A DNA stretch of 64,000 nucleotides from Octopus bimaculoides (lineage: Eukaryota), in contig NC_068983.1 in NCBI RefSeq assembly GCF_001194135.2, positions 163,219,458 through 163,283,457 of the forward strand. Reading direction: 5' to 3'. The first letter of the stretch is position 1, and the number at the start of each line of letters is the position of its first letter. The notes under the pieces are model-generated. The model saw nothing but the letters and a program-made list of their open reading frames with translations. It made no database searches and had not been told where the DNA came from. Below are positions 1-13,394 of this stretch, in pieces. The position numbers and the translations under genes were made by a program.

Positions 1-37
<37 letters not shown>

Positions 38-470
38 ACGATAGATTTTATCATTCTATGAGTGTGTTTGCTTCTAACTTATTGTTCATTGACTTCATTC
101 AATGTTTCTACCTTATTTTGCATAACCTTACCTTACATTACCTCAATACTATTTTTATTCTTTATTTTATTCCGATTCTTATCAGTATTTCATTCTATAG
201 TCAAATACATATCAATTTTGGAATCTCTATTGACACCTGGCTTCTTTCAAACCACGCCCTGTCACTGCTTTCACATCCCCTCCACGCCCTCATTTGCTGT
301 TCCCAGTTTTATATGCCACCATAATTCTTTACTAAAATGTATTCTGCCTTCTCCAGCATTCCCGCTGTCGACTGTGCCTTTCATCCTCTCGAGGTCGATA
401 AATTAAGTACTGTTGAGTACTGGGATCGGTGCCTATAGTAGAAAGTATTATTATTATTATTATTATTATT

Positions 471-792
471 CAGTAGTTTTATTTTTATAACGTGCTTTCA
501 CTTCACTACCGAGCGCAGCTCTGTGCGCCTTGGGTATGTGCTGTGGTTTGCTGTGGTGCTCTTATGTTTACTGTATTGAAAGTGTTTTGCGTAGAATGTG
601 TGCAGTACCCAGTAGTGCAATTTTCTGTATGTTATATATATTTGTAAGTCCTGGTGTTTTTGTTATGTATTTGTCTGAATATTTTTTTATTATACCTAAG
701 GCACCTACTATGATAGGAATTGTTTCTGTTTTTAGATTCCACATTCGAGTTATCTCTATTTCCAGGTCTTTCTATTTTGAAAGTTTTTCCAT
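471..792 (-). mobile_element. R4/Dong-like (RLE-type) non-LTR retrotransposon, 3' fragment 1 (continues into N gap)
   Basis: Minus strand reads MEKLSK*KDLEIEITRMWNLKTETIPIIVGALGIIKKYSDKYITKTPGLTNIYNIQKIALLGTAHILRKTLSIQ*. This is the typical C-terminus of R4/Dong-type elements (PIIVGALG...QKIALLGTAHILR). The 3' end abuts (ATT)n at 445-470. Confidence 0.75.
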
Positions 793-1206
793 NNNNNNNN
801 NNNNNNNNNNNNNNNNNNNNNNNNNNNNNNNNNNNNNNNNNNNNNNNNNNNNNNNNNNNNNNNNNNNNNNNNNNNNNNNNNNNNNNNNNNNNNNNNNNNN
901 NNNNNNNNNNNNNNNNNNNNNNNNNNNNNNNNNNNNNNNNNNNNNNNNNNNNNNNNNNNNNNNNNNNNNNNNNNNNNNNNNNNNNNNNNNNNNNNNNNNN
1001 NNNNNNNNNNNNNNNNNNNNNNNNNNNNNNNNNNNNNNNNNNNNNNNNNNNNNNNNNNNNNNNNNNNNNNNNNNNNNNNNNNNNNNNNNNNNNNNNNNNN
1101 NNNNNNNNNNNNNNNNNNNNNNNNNNNNNNNNNNNNNNNNNNNNNNNNNNNNNNNNNNNNNNNNNNNNNNNNNNNNNNNNNNNNNNNNNNNNNNNNNNNN
1201 NNNNNN

Positions 1207-1207
<1 letters not shown>

Positions 1208-1298
<91 letters not shown>
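1208..1298. repeat. (ATT)n microsatellite; further ATT/AAT arrays at 445-470, 1650-1700, 1785-1842 and 2517-2538
   Basis: Directly visible perfect trinucleotide runs. Confidence 0.98.
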
Positions 1299-1648
1299 CC
1301 CTTCGTAACACAGTGTAGGTAAAAATGCACGGGAGTCTTTAGTCATCTGTCAAATCCCAACAAGGACCTGAGACATAATACTTTGCTTAATATGTGCGTT
1401 GTGCCCAGTAAGGCTGCTTTTTGCAAGACATCAATCTTGCATGGGATTTCCAGTTGCCTTAAGAAGTCTTGAAGTTTCAATGCGATTGAGCCCAACGCTT
1501 CGATCACCACTCGTATCACTTTTACATAACTCTTCTTCGCAGGGTTCTTGAAGCTTGACCAGTAAACAAGTGTCGCCTTAGTCTTCTGGCTGTGGACAGC
1601 TGACGCTTCCCAATATGCCCACGAAAATAAGCTGTGAGATTTCATCAC
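1299..1648 (-). mobile_element. R4/Dong-like non-LTR retrotransposon, 3' fragment 2 (distinct family)
   Basis: ORF 1343-1648 contains VKVIRVVIEALGSIALKLQDFLRQLEIPCKIDVLQKAALLGTTHILSKVL. The 3' UTR abuts (ATT)n at 1208-1298. Confidence 0.7.
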
Positions 1649-1701
<53 letters not shown>

Positions 1702-1779
1702 GATAATGATAATACTTTTGAGCGGATTGGGCTACTCGACCTCCCCAAATTTCTAACTGGGCCCCACATGTTGTTGTTG

Positions 1780-1842
<63 letters not shown>

Positions 1843-1844
<2 letters not shown>

Positions 1845-2516
1845 GCCTTTCCACAGCTTCTAACGCTGGAGATGTACTACACTGAACTAAGTTAACACCT
1901 CTTATTTTTCGAGCACCATCCGGAGTATTGGAGCGGTTCCAAGCAGTACTGTTTTCTGCAAGTGCTCCACCCTTATTGCAGCCCCTATTTGTTCCATGTA
2001 CTTCTTGAGATTTTTGCTCACAGTTCCTAAGGCTGCGACAATTATTGGTATTATTACCACTTTCTTCATCGACCACAACGGCTTATCATCCCAAGTTAAC
2101 CTGTCATATCTATCGACTTTTCTTTCTTCCTCATTGCATACCTTGTTGTCAGTTGGGCATGCTATATCTGTGATCCAGCATCGTTTGCTTTCTTTCTCAA
2201 TTAAGACTATGTCCCGCTTCCTATTCTCTATCTCATGGTCGCAATGAATCATAATATCCCATAGGATCTGAGTTATCATTTTTGATGATGCCTTCGGCTT
2301 TATGTTCGTACCACATTTTTGCTCTGTCAAGTCCATACTTGTTGTAAAGTGTCGAATGGACAATCCTTGTTATATTGTCATGACGTCTCTTATATTCTTT
2401 CTGGGCTAGTGGTGTACATTGACTGGTGATATGCTATACGATCGCACCATTTTATCCACAAATTCTGCACATATCACTTTCTGATGTGTTGTTTATTCTG
2501 TATTTGATGGTTCTTA
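1843..2516 (-). mobile_element. R4/Dong-like non-LTR retrotransposon, 3' fragment 3 with zinc knuckle and RLE endonuclease remnants
   Basis: Manual translation gives CRICG*NGAIV*HITSQCTPLAQKEYKRRHDNITRIVH (CCHC-like knuckle). A shifted frame then gives ILWDIMIHCDHEIENRKRDIVLIEKESKRCWITDIACP...IIPIIVAALG...LQKTVLLGTAPILR (degenerate PD..D RLE). (ATT)n flanks both sides (about 1785-1842 and 2517-2538). Confidence 0.85.
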
Positions 2517-3779
2517 ATTATTATTATTATCATTATTGATGTGTTTACGTTCCCGTAACCAAGCAGTTCGGCCAAACGGACCGATAGAATGAGTACGAGG
2601 TTTAATAAAATAAGTACTGAGGTTGGTTTGTTAGACTAAAAATCCTTCAAGCCTGTGCTCCAGTATGGCCGCAGCCTAATGAGTGAAACAAGTAAATGAT
2701 AACAGTCATAAGACAAAAATGCACCAGCATGGCCCACCGCATATTTGTGTATCTTAGACAACCACTGGAAACGTGTAATTATACCAATCCCATTTTCTAA
2801 GCGTAAGATACTTTCAATTAAAGCAAACAGAGGAATATAAAGTGTCAGTCTTGTGCGGCACACACACCTCACACACATGATGTGATGCCACTGCCTTTTA
2901 GCTATTTTCTTGCAAGTGTGATGTCTTAACGTATAAGACTCAAGCTTGTATCTCCATTATAGAGACAGCACGGTGTTTTGACGACGAGAAATACATGAAA
3001 TTGTTTCAACAAAGCGTCTTAGTGTAAGTTTTATTCCTGCTTAGTTGTCATTCAAAAGCAATTTTACTTTCCAGCACTTATGAACTGGTTCTCTTAGCTG
3101 GACTTCGTTTCAATAACTTGGGCTGAGTCATTCAGAGAAATGTTTTATCGCTTGGTTATTGATACAACACAGAATCATTATACACCGCCCGTCCATCACT
3201 GTTAAGCCTTTCAAATCAATTTTCTCTCCTTTCTTTTCTATGATTATTTATTATTTAATAAATAGTAACTGTCCTGGATAAGGTTATGTTTTCGACTCAC
3301 GAATTATCTGACAGGAAAACAAAACCAGTTGTGTAAAAGCATGAACATTTCAAAAACAGAAAATAAATTTCAAACTAAAAGATTTAAAAGAAAACAATAG
3401 AAAATGAATATTATCATAATAGTGAGAGCCTCATTAATTCACGTTTAAACGCTAAATTGTTCAAACTTACACACGTTGTCACGTGATTTATTGATCATCT
3501 TGACTAACACGTTTTATTTGCCTAAAACTAGTCGGGAACAATTACAGTGAATGGTCGGTGATTAACCGTTGAGTAGATATCGATAATAATATAATTACTA
3601 GAGTGATTGAGATTATCGGGAGTGGGGGAATATTGTGAATGTTTCCTTCTAGTTTCAGAGCCGATCGAATCTAGTTATTGGTGTTAGTCATTGGGTCACT
3701 ATTAGAAATTAAGTTCTATTGTTATCCACGACTCGCATTAGACTGTTCCATTGTTTAATGTCATTAAAAATAATATTGA

Positions 3780-4140
3780 TAAACTGAATAGACACAGAAG
3801 ACATTAGTCACTGACATATCGGCGCATGCGCACAAAGGAGCACGCGGAATTTTATGATAGAAACAAAAATTATATCATATATTGATTCGCTTTAACTAAC
3901 GTCTGCGCTATCTCGTTTAGGAGAGGAATATTTTCCTGTGAATCGATTACCACAATAGTTTTCTGAACTTCAAACAAAAATTTCGATTCACATATGACCA
4001 ACACAAGTTTTGCGACATTGGTTTTAAGTATTGTTTGGTTTACAAGACTAGACACAAGTCTACACGATTCCTCTGAAGGTAGGCACTTTACCTGCGGGGA
4101 AGTGTTGACAGCAGAACTATAAACTGACGGCAGATTTAGG

Positions 4141-4204
<64 letters not shown>

Positions 4205-4770
4205 GCGCGCACGGGCTCTCTTTCTCTGACTGGAGCGGCAAATTGTAGGAGAGTGTCTTTATACGTTCGCTGGCGTTGCTAGAAATAGCTGTCAAGTCCC
4301 CTTGACATCACTACTGCTGACGGATATAGCAAAAGAAGCACATAGAAGATAGCGGAGATCTAGGTACTACGTGAAACACGAGACACGCAATGACTCGTCT
4401 TTATCATTGGTAGAAATCGTTCGTGTTGCCTCTAGCTAAAACACTAAATAATAACAACAGGCATTTGATGTTAACTTGAAAGAGGAAAAAACCGTTCAGC
4501 GAGGACTTTCAAGCAGCTGATACTATTTTGCAACAATTTTTATTTCAGAGATTTCCTTCTATATGATGGATTGTCTTCACTACAACTGGAGGATCATCTT
4601 CTAACCTTGAATATACTGAATGGCTGTTGATTCTTATGAGTTTTTGCACTCTCTAAAACAGGGTCCTAGTTTTCATTCCACACGGTATTCAAAAATCCCT
4701 GTCTTCACCGAGCAAACTTGGTGCGGTTGCCGGTTTAATCGCGGAAGGCCTGATTAGGCAACGGGTAGGT
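3780..4770. promoter_or_regulatory. Candidate promoter / first-exon region
   Basis: Unique sequence, visibly richer in CpG than its surroundings. NRF1-like palindrome GCGCATGCGCA at 3822-3832. Minus-strand donor CAG|GTAAAG at 4092/4091 and plus-strand donor CGG|GTAGGT at 4764/4765. No transcript evidence. Confidence 0.25.
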
Positions 4771-5764
4771 TGAACCGGATTATATGTTACCAAAAGCATA
4801 ACAGCGACCGGATATACATACATACATGCAATCACGCACACACATATACATACATAAATACATACAATCACACCCCCCCACACACGTATATATACGGACA
4901 ATCACACGTATACATACATACATACATACATACGTACATAGATACATACATACACTCTCTCTCTCTCAAACACAGAAGCATACATACATACATACATACA
5001 TGCAATCACACACACACACGTATACATACATAAATACATACAATAACACACACACACACACGCGTATATATACAGACAATCACACACCCAAGCATACATA
5101 CATACGTACATAGATACATTGATATATAAATACATACATAAATGAATATATACATCCAAACGTATATACATACAAGCAGTGCATAAGAGAATACATCCAG
5201 CTGAACAATTGAGAAATCTGCAGTTACTCTATTCAGATTATAAATTCAGGTTTATAACTTGTAAATTATCTTAACGTCTCTATTGGAAGTTTGAAACCAC
5301 CAGAGAAAACTTTGACGACTTTCATCATGGTTGTCCGTTGGTTCCCTTGGTAACAACTTTTATTAAGAATTATGGTTACCAGGGCGAAGCGTAATGAAGA
5401 CAATTGCGAATATTCTCTCTGGCGGTTTGAAACTGGCATTGTAGACGTCTAGAGATAGATTATGATATGGGAATATTATATTAGTCAGCCTTATTGAATG
5501 CTTTCTTCGGTAGACGAATGCATATCTGCGAAGAAAAGAAATACTGTGAATTCTCGCTTTCCTGTTTAATTATATTTATACTAATTTCTATATAACTATT
5601 TTAGAAATGAATTGATGACATTAACAATCGCCTGTCCATCTTATGTCTTAATGTACTTTCACTAGCCTGACCGGTGCATTGCCTGGAGCCAACCCTTGTT
5701 TACCTAGATTCTGCGTTATATAAATATGTGTGTGTGTGTGTGTGTGTGTGCATATATACATAGA

Positions 5765-5797
<33 letters not shown>

Positions 5798-5800
5798 TTC

Positions 5801-5869
<69 letters not shown>

Positions 5870-5964
5870 ATACAAATATACATTCATGTATGAGAAACTA
5901 GCCATATGTCTAACATATTTAATGCTAGGTAGCGAAAATATAGACGAGAATGTTAGGGGGCAGA

Positions 5965-6170
5965 GAATGTAGGCGGTGGGCTGGTAGAACCTTTAGGATG
6001 CCGGGATAAATGTTTAGTGGTGTTTCGTCCTTCTTTACGTTCTGGGTTCAAATTCCGCTCAGGTTGACTTTTGAGTTCGATAAAATAAGTGTCTGTTAAG
6101 AATTGGTGGCGATGTAATAGAATTAACCCACAACTAAACATTGATGTCTCTTTGCTAAAATTTGAAACCA
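5965..6170 (+). mobile_element. tRNA-derived SINE, family B (degenerate copy)
   Basis: Head ggcggtgggctggtagaacctttag, B-box ggttcaaattcc, body gttgacttt...cgataaaataagt and tail aaaatttgaaaccaa. Matches the other family-B copies in the window. Confidence 0.8.
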
Positions 6171-7101
6171 ACGTATGGAGAATATGCAAGGAAATTAAGT
6201 AGGAGAAGCTGGTCGGGGGCATGTCTATGGATCAGAGTGTAGGAGTTGATTAGAAACAAAGGGAATAATTTCATAAAGGGAAATATTACATACGGTGTGC
6301 AATAACAATGTGGTAAAGTCAGACATACAATTGTTTCGAAAGCTACCCTGCAAGGGTATACACAATAATATCCTGTGTTGAAGATTTTTGTGATTTTTTG
6401 GATAAATTTCATTTCGTGAGGGTACGAATAAATTAATTCCAACTTGATTCTGTAGAATTAAGATGATACAAGGACGACAGTCTAATCTTAATCAGTAATG
6501 AACATGCTCACCAATTAGACGAACCTAAAATTGTTCTAATTAAAGCTAGTGAAAGAATTAAACAGAAAATGACAAAAGGAAGTGTGATTGGGGGCCATTG
6601 CCCAATTAAACAAAACGTACTGAAATATTCAGAAATAAATACGAACACTGTTACATGCGATGAATAAGACACCGTCAGTTATGTAGACATCATGAGTACT
6701 TGAGCAGAGAACAAGCACATATTTGCATGTATGTGTGCATTGAAACAGAACATTATGATTGTTAAGTATTAAAACAGCGAATTGGTGTCAGGTGATAGGA
6801 ATAGTCATGGCTTGTGTAATACAAGAGTCTATCGATGTGATCAGTTACGACTTCTTATTGTACTTAAATCGATCAATTTGATATTTGCCCAAATAAAATT
6901 GTGTAACAATTATGAGATTGATACAGACCGCTTCATATTGTCTAACGAATTATTGACCATATATTATATCTCATAAATTTCTGTTGTCTTGAGGTGAAGG
7001 AAATAATTTTCAGAGACCTCTCAAGTTTATAACACACACACACAACACACACATACGTGCGCGCACACACACAAACACACACTTTCTTGTACATATGCAG
7101 A

Positions 7102-7146
<45 letters not shown>

Positions 7147-7333
7147 GTACGTGGCCATATAGATTCATATAAATGTATATATATATATATCCCAGTTTGT
7201 ATGATTGTGCATAGAAGAATATATTAATCAATGAAATTTCAACTTGGTCTGATTTTCACAGTTTATTATTTACAATTTTACGCAATCATCAGATTTATGT
7301 AGTGACAGTCATGTTCCATAATTTACAACTGTG

Positions 7334-7406
<73 letters not shown>

Positions 7407-7733
7407 ACATATCGTATAATTTATAAACAGGGTAAATTTTAGTCATTTCTCAGCAGATTGAAAGAAATTTATGAACAGCTTCAATCGATTTTCAAACCTT
7501 ATTGGGTTCTCATTAGAGGCGTCTACATCATTCTGCCAGTCTCCGGAGAAACAATAGCCAAGCTGCTTATATACTCAACGAATGCAGTGGTTACTGTATG
7601 AAGGAGTCCCTAATTTGCATACCGAAAGTGTTTAACACTCTATAAATACCAGCGGCCTGTCAATGGGGTATTAGTCCACACAGTATCTAGGTATGATATA
7701 ATAAATATATCACATATGGTATAATTATAAACA

Positions 7734-7916
7734 GGAGCACCGCATTTCGTCGAAGGATTCCATTCCAGGACTTATTCTTTGTAAGCCTAGTAATTAATTC
7801 TATCGGTCACTTTTGCCGAACCGTTATGTTACCGGGACATAACACCAACATCGGTTGTTTATGCCCCATTGTAGGGTGTCAAACACAGACACAAAGACAC
7901 GCACAAAAAAATATAT

Positions 7917-7971
<55 letters not shown>

Positions 7972-8123
7972 ATGGGGTTCCTTCAGTTTCCGCGTACCGA
8001 ATCCACTCGCAAGGCTTTGGTTGGCCTCAGACTATAGTAGATGACACTTCCCCAATGTGCCACGCAGTGGGACTGAACCTGGAATCATGTGGTTGGGAAG
8101 CAAGCTTCTTACCAAACAGCTCC
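7734..8123 (-). mobile_element. tRNA-derived composite SINE, family A/C, with internal (TA)n
   Basis: Reverse complement shows head ggagctgtttggtaagaagcttgcttcccaaccacatgattccaggttcagtccc, then a ccttgggcaagtgtc-like core, an internal microsatellite and the 3' body acaaccgatgttggtg...cttacaaagaataagtcc. Confidence 0.9.
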
Positions 8124-8159
8124 TTACCATACATACATGCATACACACACACACACGCA

Positions 8160-8193
<34 letters not shown>

Positions 8194-9059
8194 GCGTACA
8201 CGCGTGTACATACACACGTAAATGTTTTAGTTTGCTACTAGTTAGAACTTAACACGTGAAAGCCAAAGTGAAATTCAAAACTAAAAGGTTTATACGTTTG
8301 CATTATATTTCAATAATACAACTTAAAAGAACTCTATGGAAGAAAATATAAAAGAGGTACAAGTTTAGCTGTGTTCTTCAACGATCTCTAGGAACAAGGT
8401 TTGTGTGACACAATGCGATGTGTAACAATATATATTGTCCAATTAACGGCGCGTAACTTTTGTCAGTTGATGACAGATGAATAATACTTCTTAATAACGA
8501 TAGCCACGCTAATGGTCAAATTTCCAATATTTTGACTTTGGTGCTGTCCGTAATATCCTGATTATGATATGTCTGAGAGAAATATATCTTTCTTTGAATT
8601 TCTTCTGTGATGCCAATGTTTAGTAAAACTCCTTATACTTGTTACATATTATGTCATACTACACTTAGCCCTGTAACCATATATTCTCATTGTAGATCGG
8701 GCAGGGGACCAGTTTGTTGGTTGAGTCTTCGGTAAGGTGCATTCCTAGGTAGACGCTATCTTACAGAAAGCCTCGTGCATATACATTTTATATTCAGTTC
8801 CTTCCTATGATTAACTTGGAGGATTGTAGTTATGGTGTTACGATATGTGAAGAAAGGCATTCTTAAATTAAAAACTATTAGTTATATGAAAATCTTAAAG
8901 AAAAACACAATGACAAGAATTTTTAGGAAGGAAGTTTCGTTAGAAGTTAAGCCCTTTCGCTGTTTACAGCTTTTTAAACACACGTCTTATAGGATATCCA
9001 CGTCCACACACACACACACACACAAATTCGGTGTACTTAAATATGTTTAGGCTCAAAAG

Positions 9060-10240
9060 TGTCTCAGGTCATATCCAACTTAATAGCACCACCTGATAGA
9101 ACTTGCTGAGCCACTTTTTAGTCAAGCTTCGTTGTATGTAATAGGAGCCATTCATGTAAGGAATTTTTGCCGACTGAGCTGTGTCGAGGTATGAGTGGCT
9201 TATCTGGTATCCTTTCAAAAACTTGTCTAGATTTCGATTGAAGGTGATAGGATGTATTTCTTCTTCGATTTGTTTTGGGATAATGTTAAATGGAGCAGAA
9301 CCTCTTGAAGAGCAAAAACTGTGTCTCAGTGAATTTATGTGCTGTGGGACTAAATTGTGTAGGGCACATATGGCACGGGTTCCAGCCTTGGATGAGACCT
9401 ATATCTGATGTTGTAGTCGTTTGAGCAATGCTCGTGGTATATTTTCCAGGTTGCAAATGTTGTGGTACTGATGGCGGCGTTGGAGAGAATGAAGATTCTA
9501 TGTTTCAAGGCAGTCCTAATAATTAAGACCAACGGTGCCTTTTTTTGTTGTCATTGATCTCTGTGATGAATCAATTCTCGTAACGTTTGTTTTTGGGATG
9601 GGGAAACCATACAGTGGCAGAAGAATTGTAGCCGTACAAAGGGGGAGAAAAGGAAAATGACCACATCTTGCTCTCTGGACCGGAAAGTTCTGGGGGATCC
9701 AGGAACTCATCCTGTAGGCTATAGCAACTTGCCGTAACTGCTCCAGCTGATAGGATTGTCAACAATTATTCCTAAGTTTCTAATATTATTGAATGCCATG
9801 AATAGTACTGAAGGAAGAGAATATATTTGGTAGAGCGCATTCTCTTTTCCAAAGTGCTTCAGTTTCAATTTTCCCTCAGTTAACTGCATGTCATTTTCGT
9901 CCGTCCATTGACCCACAGAAGGCAGATCAGAATGGGGTTTCATTCAATCTTCTCCTCCATTGACAAGTTTTTGAAGCCTGATGTTATCAGCGGATATTAT
10001 TGCGTTGCAGTGCTTGGTAAGACTTGAAATATCGTTTATATAATCTATAAAAGGCAAGTGCTCATAATAGTCGCTTGGAGGATTCTGGTGCTGAATTTTT
10101 GCTGGGTTTCAGTGGATTTAAACAATCACAACGTTGGATATGTTCACTGCAAAATACTTAATCCAGTTCAGCAGATTACTACGGATTTCAATGCTGGAGA
10201 ATTCTGTCGAAAGCTTTGCTGAAATCATAATATATAACTT
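9060..10240 (-). mobile_element. CR1/L2-group LINE, degenerate RT C-terminal half and 3' end
   Basis: Frameshifted peptides ADNIRL (YADD region), IRNLGIIVDNPISWS, ATVWFPHPK, RIDSSQRSMT..GLNY and FNRNLDKFLKGIPDKPLIP match the CR1-type ORF2 C-terminus. Many stops and frameshifts. Confidence 0.75.
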
Positions 10241-10260
10241 CAGTGTTCGAACCCGTTCCC

Positions 10261-10294
<34 letters not shown>

Positions 10295-10729
10295 NNNNNN
10301 NNNNNNNNNNNNNNNNNNNNNNNNNNNNNNNNNNNNNNNNNNNNNNNNNNNNNNNNNNNNNNNNNNNNNNNNNNNNNNNNNNNNNNNNNNNNNNNNNNNN
10401 NNNNNNNNNNNNNNNNNNNNNNNNNNNNNNNNNNNNNNNNNNNNNNNNNNNNNNNNNNNNNNNNNNNNNNNNNNNNNNNNNNNNNNNNNNNNNNNNNNNN
10501 NNNNNNNNNNNNNNNNNNNNNNNNNNNNNNNNNNNNNNNNNNNNNNNNNNNNNNNNNNNNNNNNNNNNNNNNNNNNNNNNNNNNNNNNNNNNNNNNNNNN
10601 NNNNNNNNNNNNNNNNNNNNNNNNNNNNNNNNNNNNNNNNNNNNNNNNNNNNNNNNNNNNNNNNNNNNNNNNNNNNNNNNNNNNNNNNNNNNNNNNNNNN
10701 NNATATATATATATATATATATGTATGTA

Positions 10730-10770
<41 letters not shown>

Positions 10771-11974
10771 GTATGTATTGTACATGAGAAGAGAGAGGAG
10801 ACAAAGCGCAGAGAACTCTTTATTCTTTTCTCCCGTCATATCGGTGTCTTATCATAAAGATAGAAACCGCTGACAGATATGCCAAGTCTAACGACATCGA
10901 TCACCATTTTGTTTTCTAGTGAACTATTTCGAACCACATCTCGCTCTCTTTAAATTTCAACACAAAATTACAATGGAGGAGGCGGGCTTCATTTATACAA
11001 GGTTCCTCAGAAAATTTGGCTATTTTAGTGCTATAATTCAGTCCTACTAATCAGAGCTAAATACTTATACGCACCGACTAAAATCTTTGATTAAAACATA
11101 GAAATTTATTGGCAGAGAAGTTCAAACAACAAACAAATAATTTCCAAAAGAGCAAATAGATAAAGGGGTTTTCTATAATTCTCTGCCAGACATAGGCTTG
11201 GCAATAAAGCCCCGCTGCCTAAGTTTTACTCTTCCAGAAGACCTAACATCTGATCTCTCTAAAGATGCCGAACTCTGATGACAGATCCACGGCTGCTTTC
11301 CGCCATCTGATTTGTAGAGCGAAACTGAACTAACCTCGGCTCACTCAGACGCTCCATAAAACGTCTGCTCTTTCTCAACAGGACTGCCAACATCGTAGAC
11401 ATGTATCTGGGGGTTTATGTGTGTGTAACAATTGTTGGGAGTCTTAATTGGAAGGCGCTGGACGGAAACTAATAATGGACTTTCAAGAACAGATTCACCC
11501 AACTAATTCTTCAGTTACAATGAATAGGTAAATAAAATTCTGTAGATTTATTATAATCAGGATATTACGGACATCATCAAATCAAAGAAGGAAATATTGG
11601 AAATTTGAGGATTAATGTGATTATGCTTATTAATGAATCTAATCCGTCTGTCAACAACTGACGGGATTTAGTGAACGTTAATTGGACAAGATAACATTAC
11701 CAATCTGATTACGTTACGCATCTTGCCTTCCCAAATATCTCTGCACCGCAGAACGAAACATAACCTGAATTTTTCGGTTTTGGTTTTGGTTTTGTTTCGA
11801 AATGGAAATATTGGGGAATGTAAATGTGAAAACCGTTGTTTTTATTTATGTTTTCATTTCTTTATTTCCATCACGTGGCACTCACACACATACACTTACA
11901 CACGGACATGCGCTCACATGCTAATGCACTCACACAAACAAACACATACCATAGGTATAACCGTAACAAATATT

Positions 11975-12200
11975 GGTCTCAAATTTGCCAACAAGTTCGG
12001 GGCATGGTGGGGTGGAGGCGGGGATCGATCCCAGTATTCAGCTCATACATACTTTACTGAATCCGAAAAGATGAAAGACAAATTAGATCTGGACGGAATT
12101 TCAACGCAGAATGTAAAAACGGACAAAATGGCGCTAAGCATTTTTCCTGGCGCGGAGACGAATTTGTCACCTCACCGCCTTACCCCTAACAAGCATTCCC
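11975..12200 (-). mobile_element. SINE family B copy
   Basis: Reverse complement of the family-B consensus (aggcggtgaggtgacaaattcg...gaaattccgtccag...tttgagaccaata). Confidence 0.8.
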
Positions 12201-12815
12201 GATTTTCTACTCTGTTAATCTTATTTATTTGATCCCATTTCATTTCATCTCCCACCTTCACTAATATTATTAGCAACTTACCTTTGAACTCTGGACCATT
12301 CTTTTAAATCACCAGCCCTGTCGTTGAGATTTTCTTCTCTTGATTTACTCATATTTTATTTCATTTATTCATTTACATATTTCTACTCTTAAATGTCACT
12401 CGTTCCAAAGTTCATTCGCCTACTCATCTGCAGTTTTTTCTATTGAATTTTCCCATTGAATTCTTTGACTATTCTAACGCTCACCCAGGCTGTTTCATTC
12501 ATCCTTATCAAAACATATCCTTTCCATTTCTTTTTACTTCTTTCCTTTTCTACTTTTCTTTTTTTTCTCGCGGCCTTTTCTTCTGTCTCTTCTTTTCTTC
12601 TTTATTTTCTTTCCTTTCTGTTTCCTTTTTCATCTTTTGTCTCTCTCCTTTATCATATTTTCCCTCCAACACTTCGAGAAGAATCGTATGTATATATTCG
12701 GAAAATATGCTATAAATCTACAGACAACTGTTAAACAAAGTCATGGATGCGAAAAATCTCCATTCTCCTTAGCATTATTAATGTTTATATATATATATAT
12801 ATATATATAAGCATT

Positions 12816-12971
12816 TTATAAATAAGGGCAAAAAAAATTCTTATGCCAAATATGCCGAGAAATACACTTTAAATCGTTATATAACGACATTTATGTGGTT
12901 ATATGATGATTTAAAGTCTATTTCTCGGCATATTTGGCATAAGAAATTTTTTCTGTTGCCCTTATTTATAA
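12816..12971. repeat. 156-bp near-perfect palindrome (foldback/MITE-like)
   Basis: Left arm ttataaataagggcaaaaaaaattcttatgccaaatatgccgagaaatacactttaaatcgttatataacgaca is nearly the reverse complement of the right arm. The loop is about 4 nt. Confidence 0.9.
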
Positions 12972-13394
12972 GTTGTTTATAATTTTCACCTTAAAAGGTA
13001 TTTTTTAAATATGCTGGCATCTGATAAAATTTGATTTGAAAATGTTATGCTATATATATATATATATATATAGGAAAATACATACATACATACANNNNNN
13101 NNNNNNNNNNNNNNNNNNNNNNNNNNNNNNNNNNNNNNNNNNNNNNNNNNNNNNNNNNNNNNNNNNNNNNNNNNNNNNNNNNNNNNNNNNNNNNNNNNNN
13201 NNNNNNNNNNNNNNNNNNNNNNNNNNNNNNNNNNNNNNNNNNNNNNNNNNNNNNNNNNNNNNNNNNNNNNNNNNNNNNNNNNNNNNNNNNNNNNNNNNNN
13301 NNNNNNNNNNNNNNNNNNNNNNNNNNNNNNNNNNNNNNNNNNNNNTATATATATATATACATGCATATACATATATATATATGTATATATATAT

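Noticed and set aside
3870-4295. 141-aa minus-strand ORF
   Set aside because: It runs through a (GT)n repeat and past a strong donor, with no recognisable domain. Retained only as part of the promoter hypothesis.
6155-6442. 95-aa minus-strand ORF with upstream AG
   Set aside because: It ends inside a SINE, has no motif, and two frames are similarly open, so chance is likely.
11220-11400. Strong-looking acceptor (ttttactcttccAG) and a ctgatga...gcgaaac hammerhead-like string at about 11276-11337
   Set aside because: All three frames stop within 14 codons. The putative stem II does not abut GAAA, so hammerhead geometry fails.
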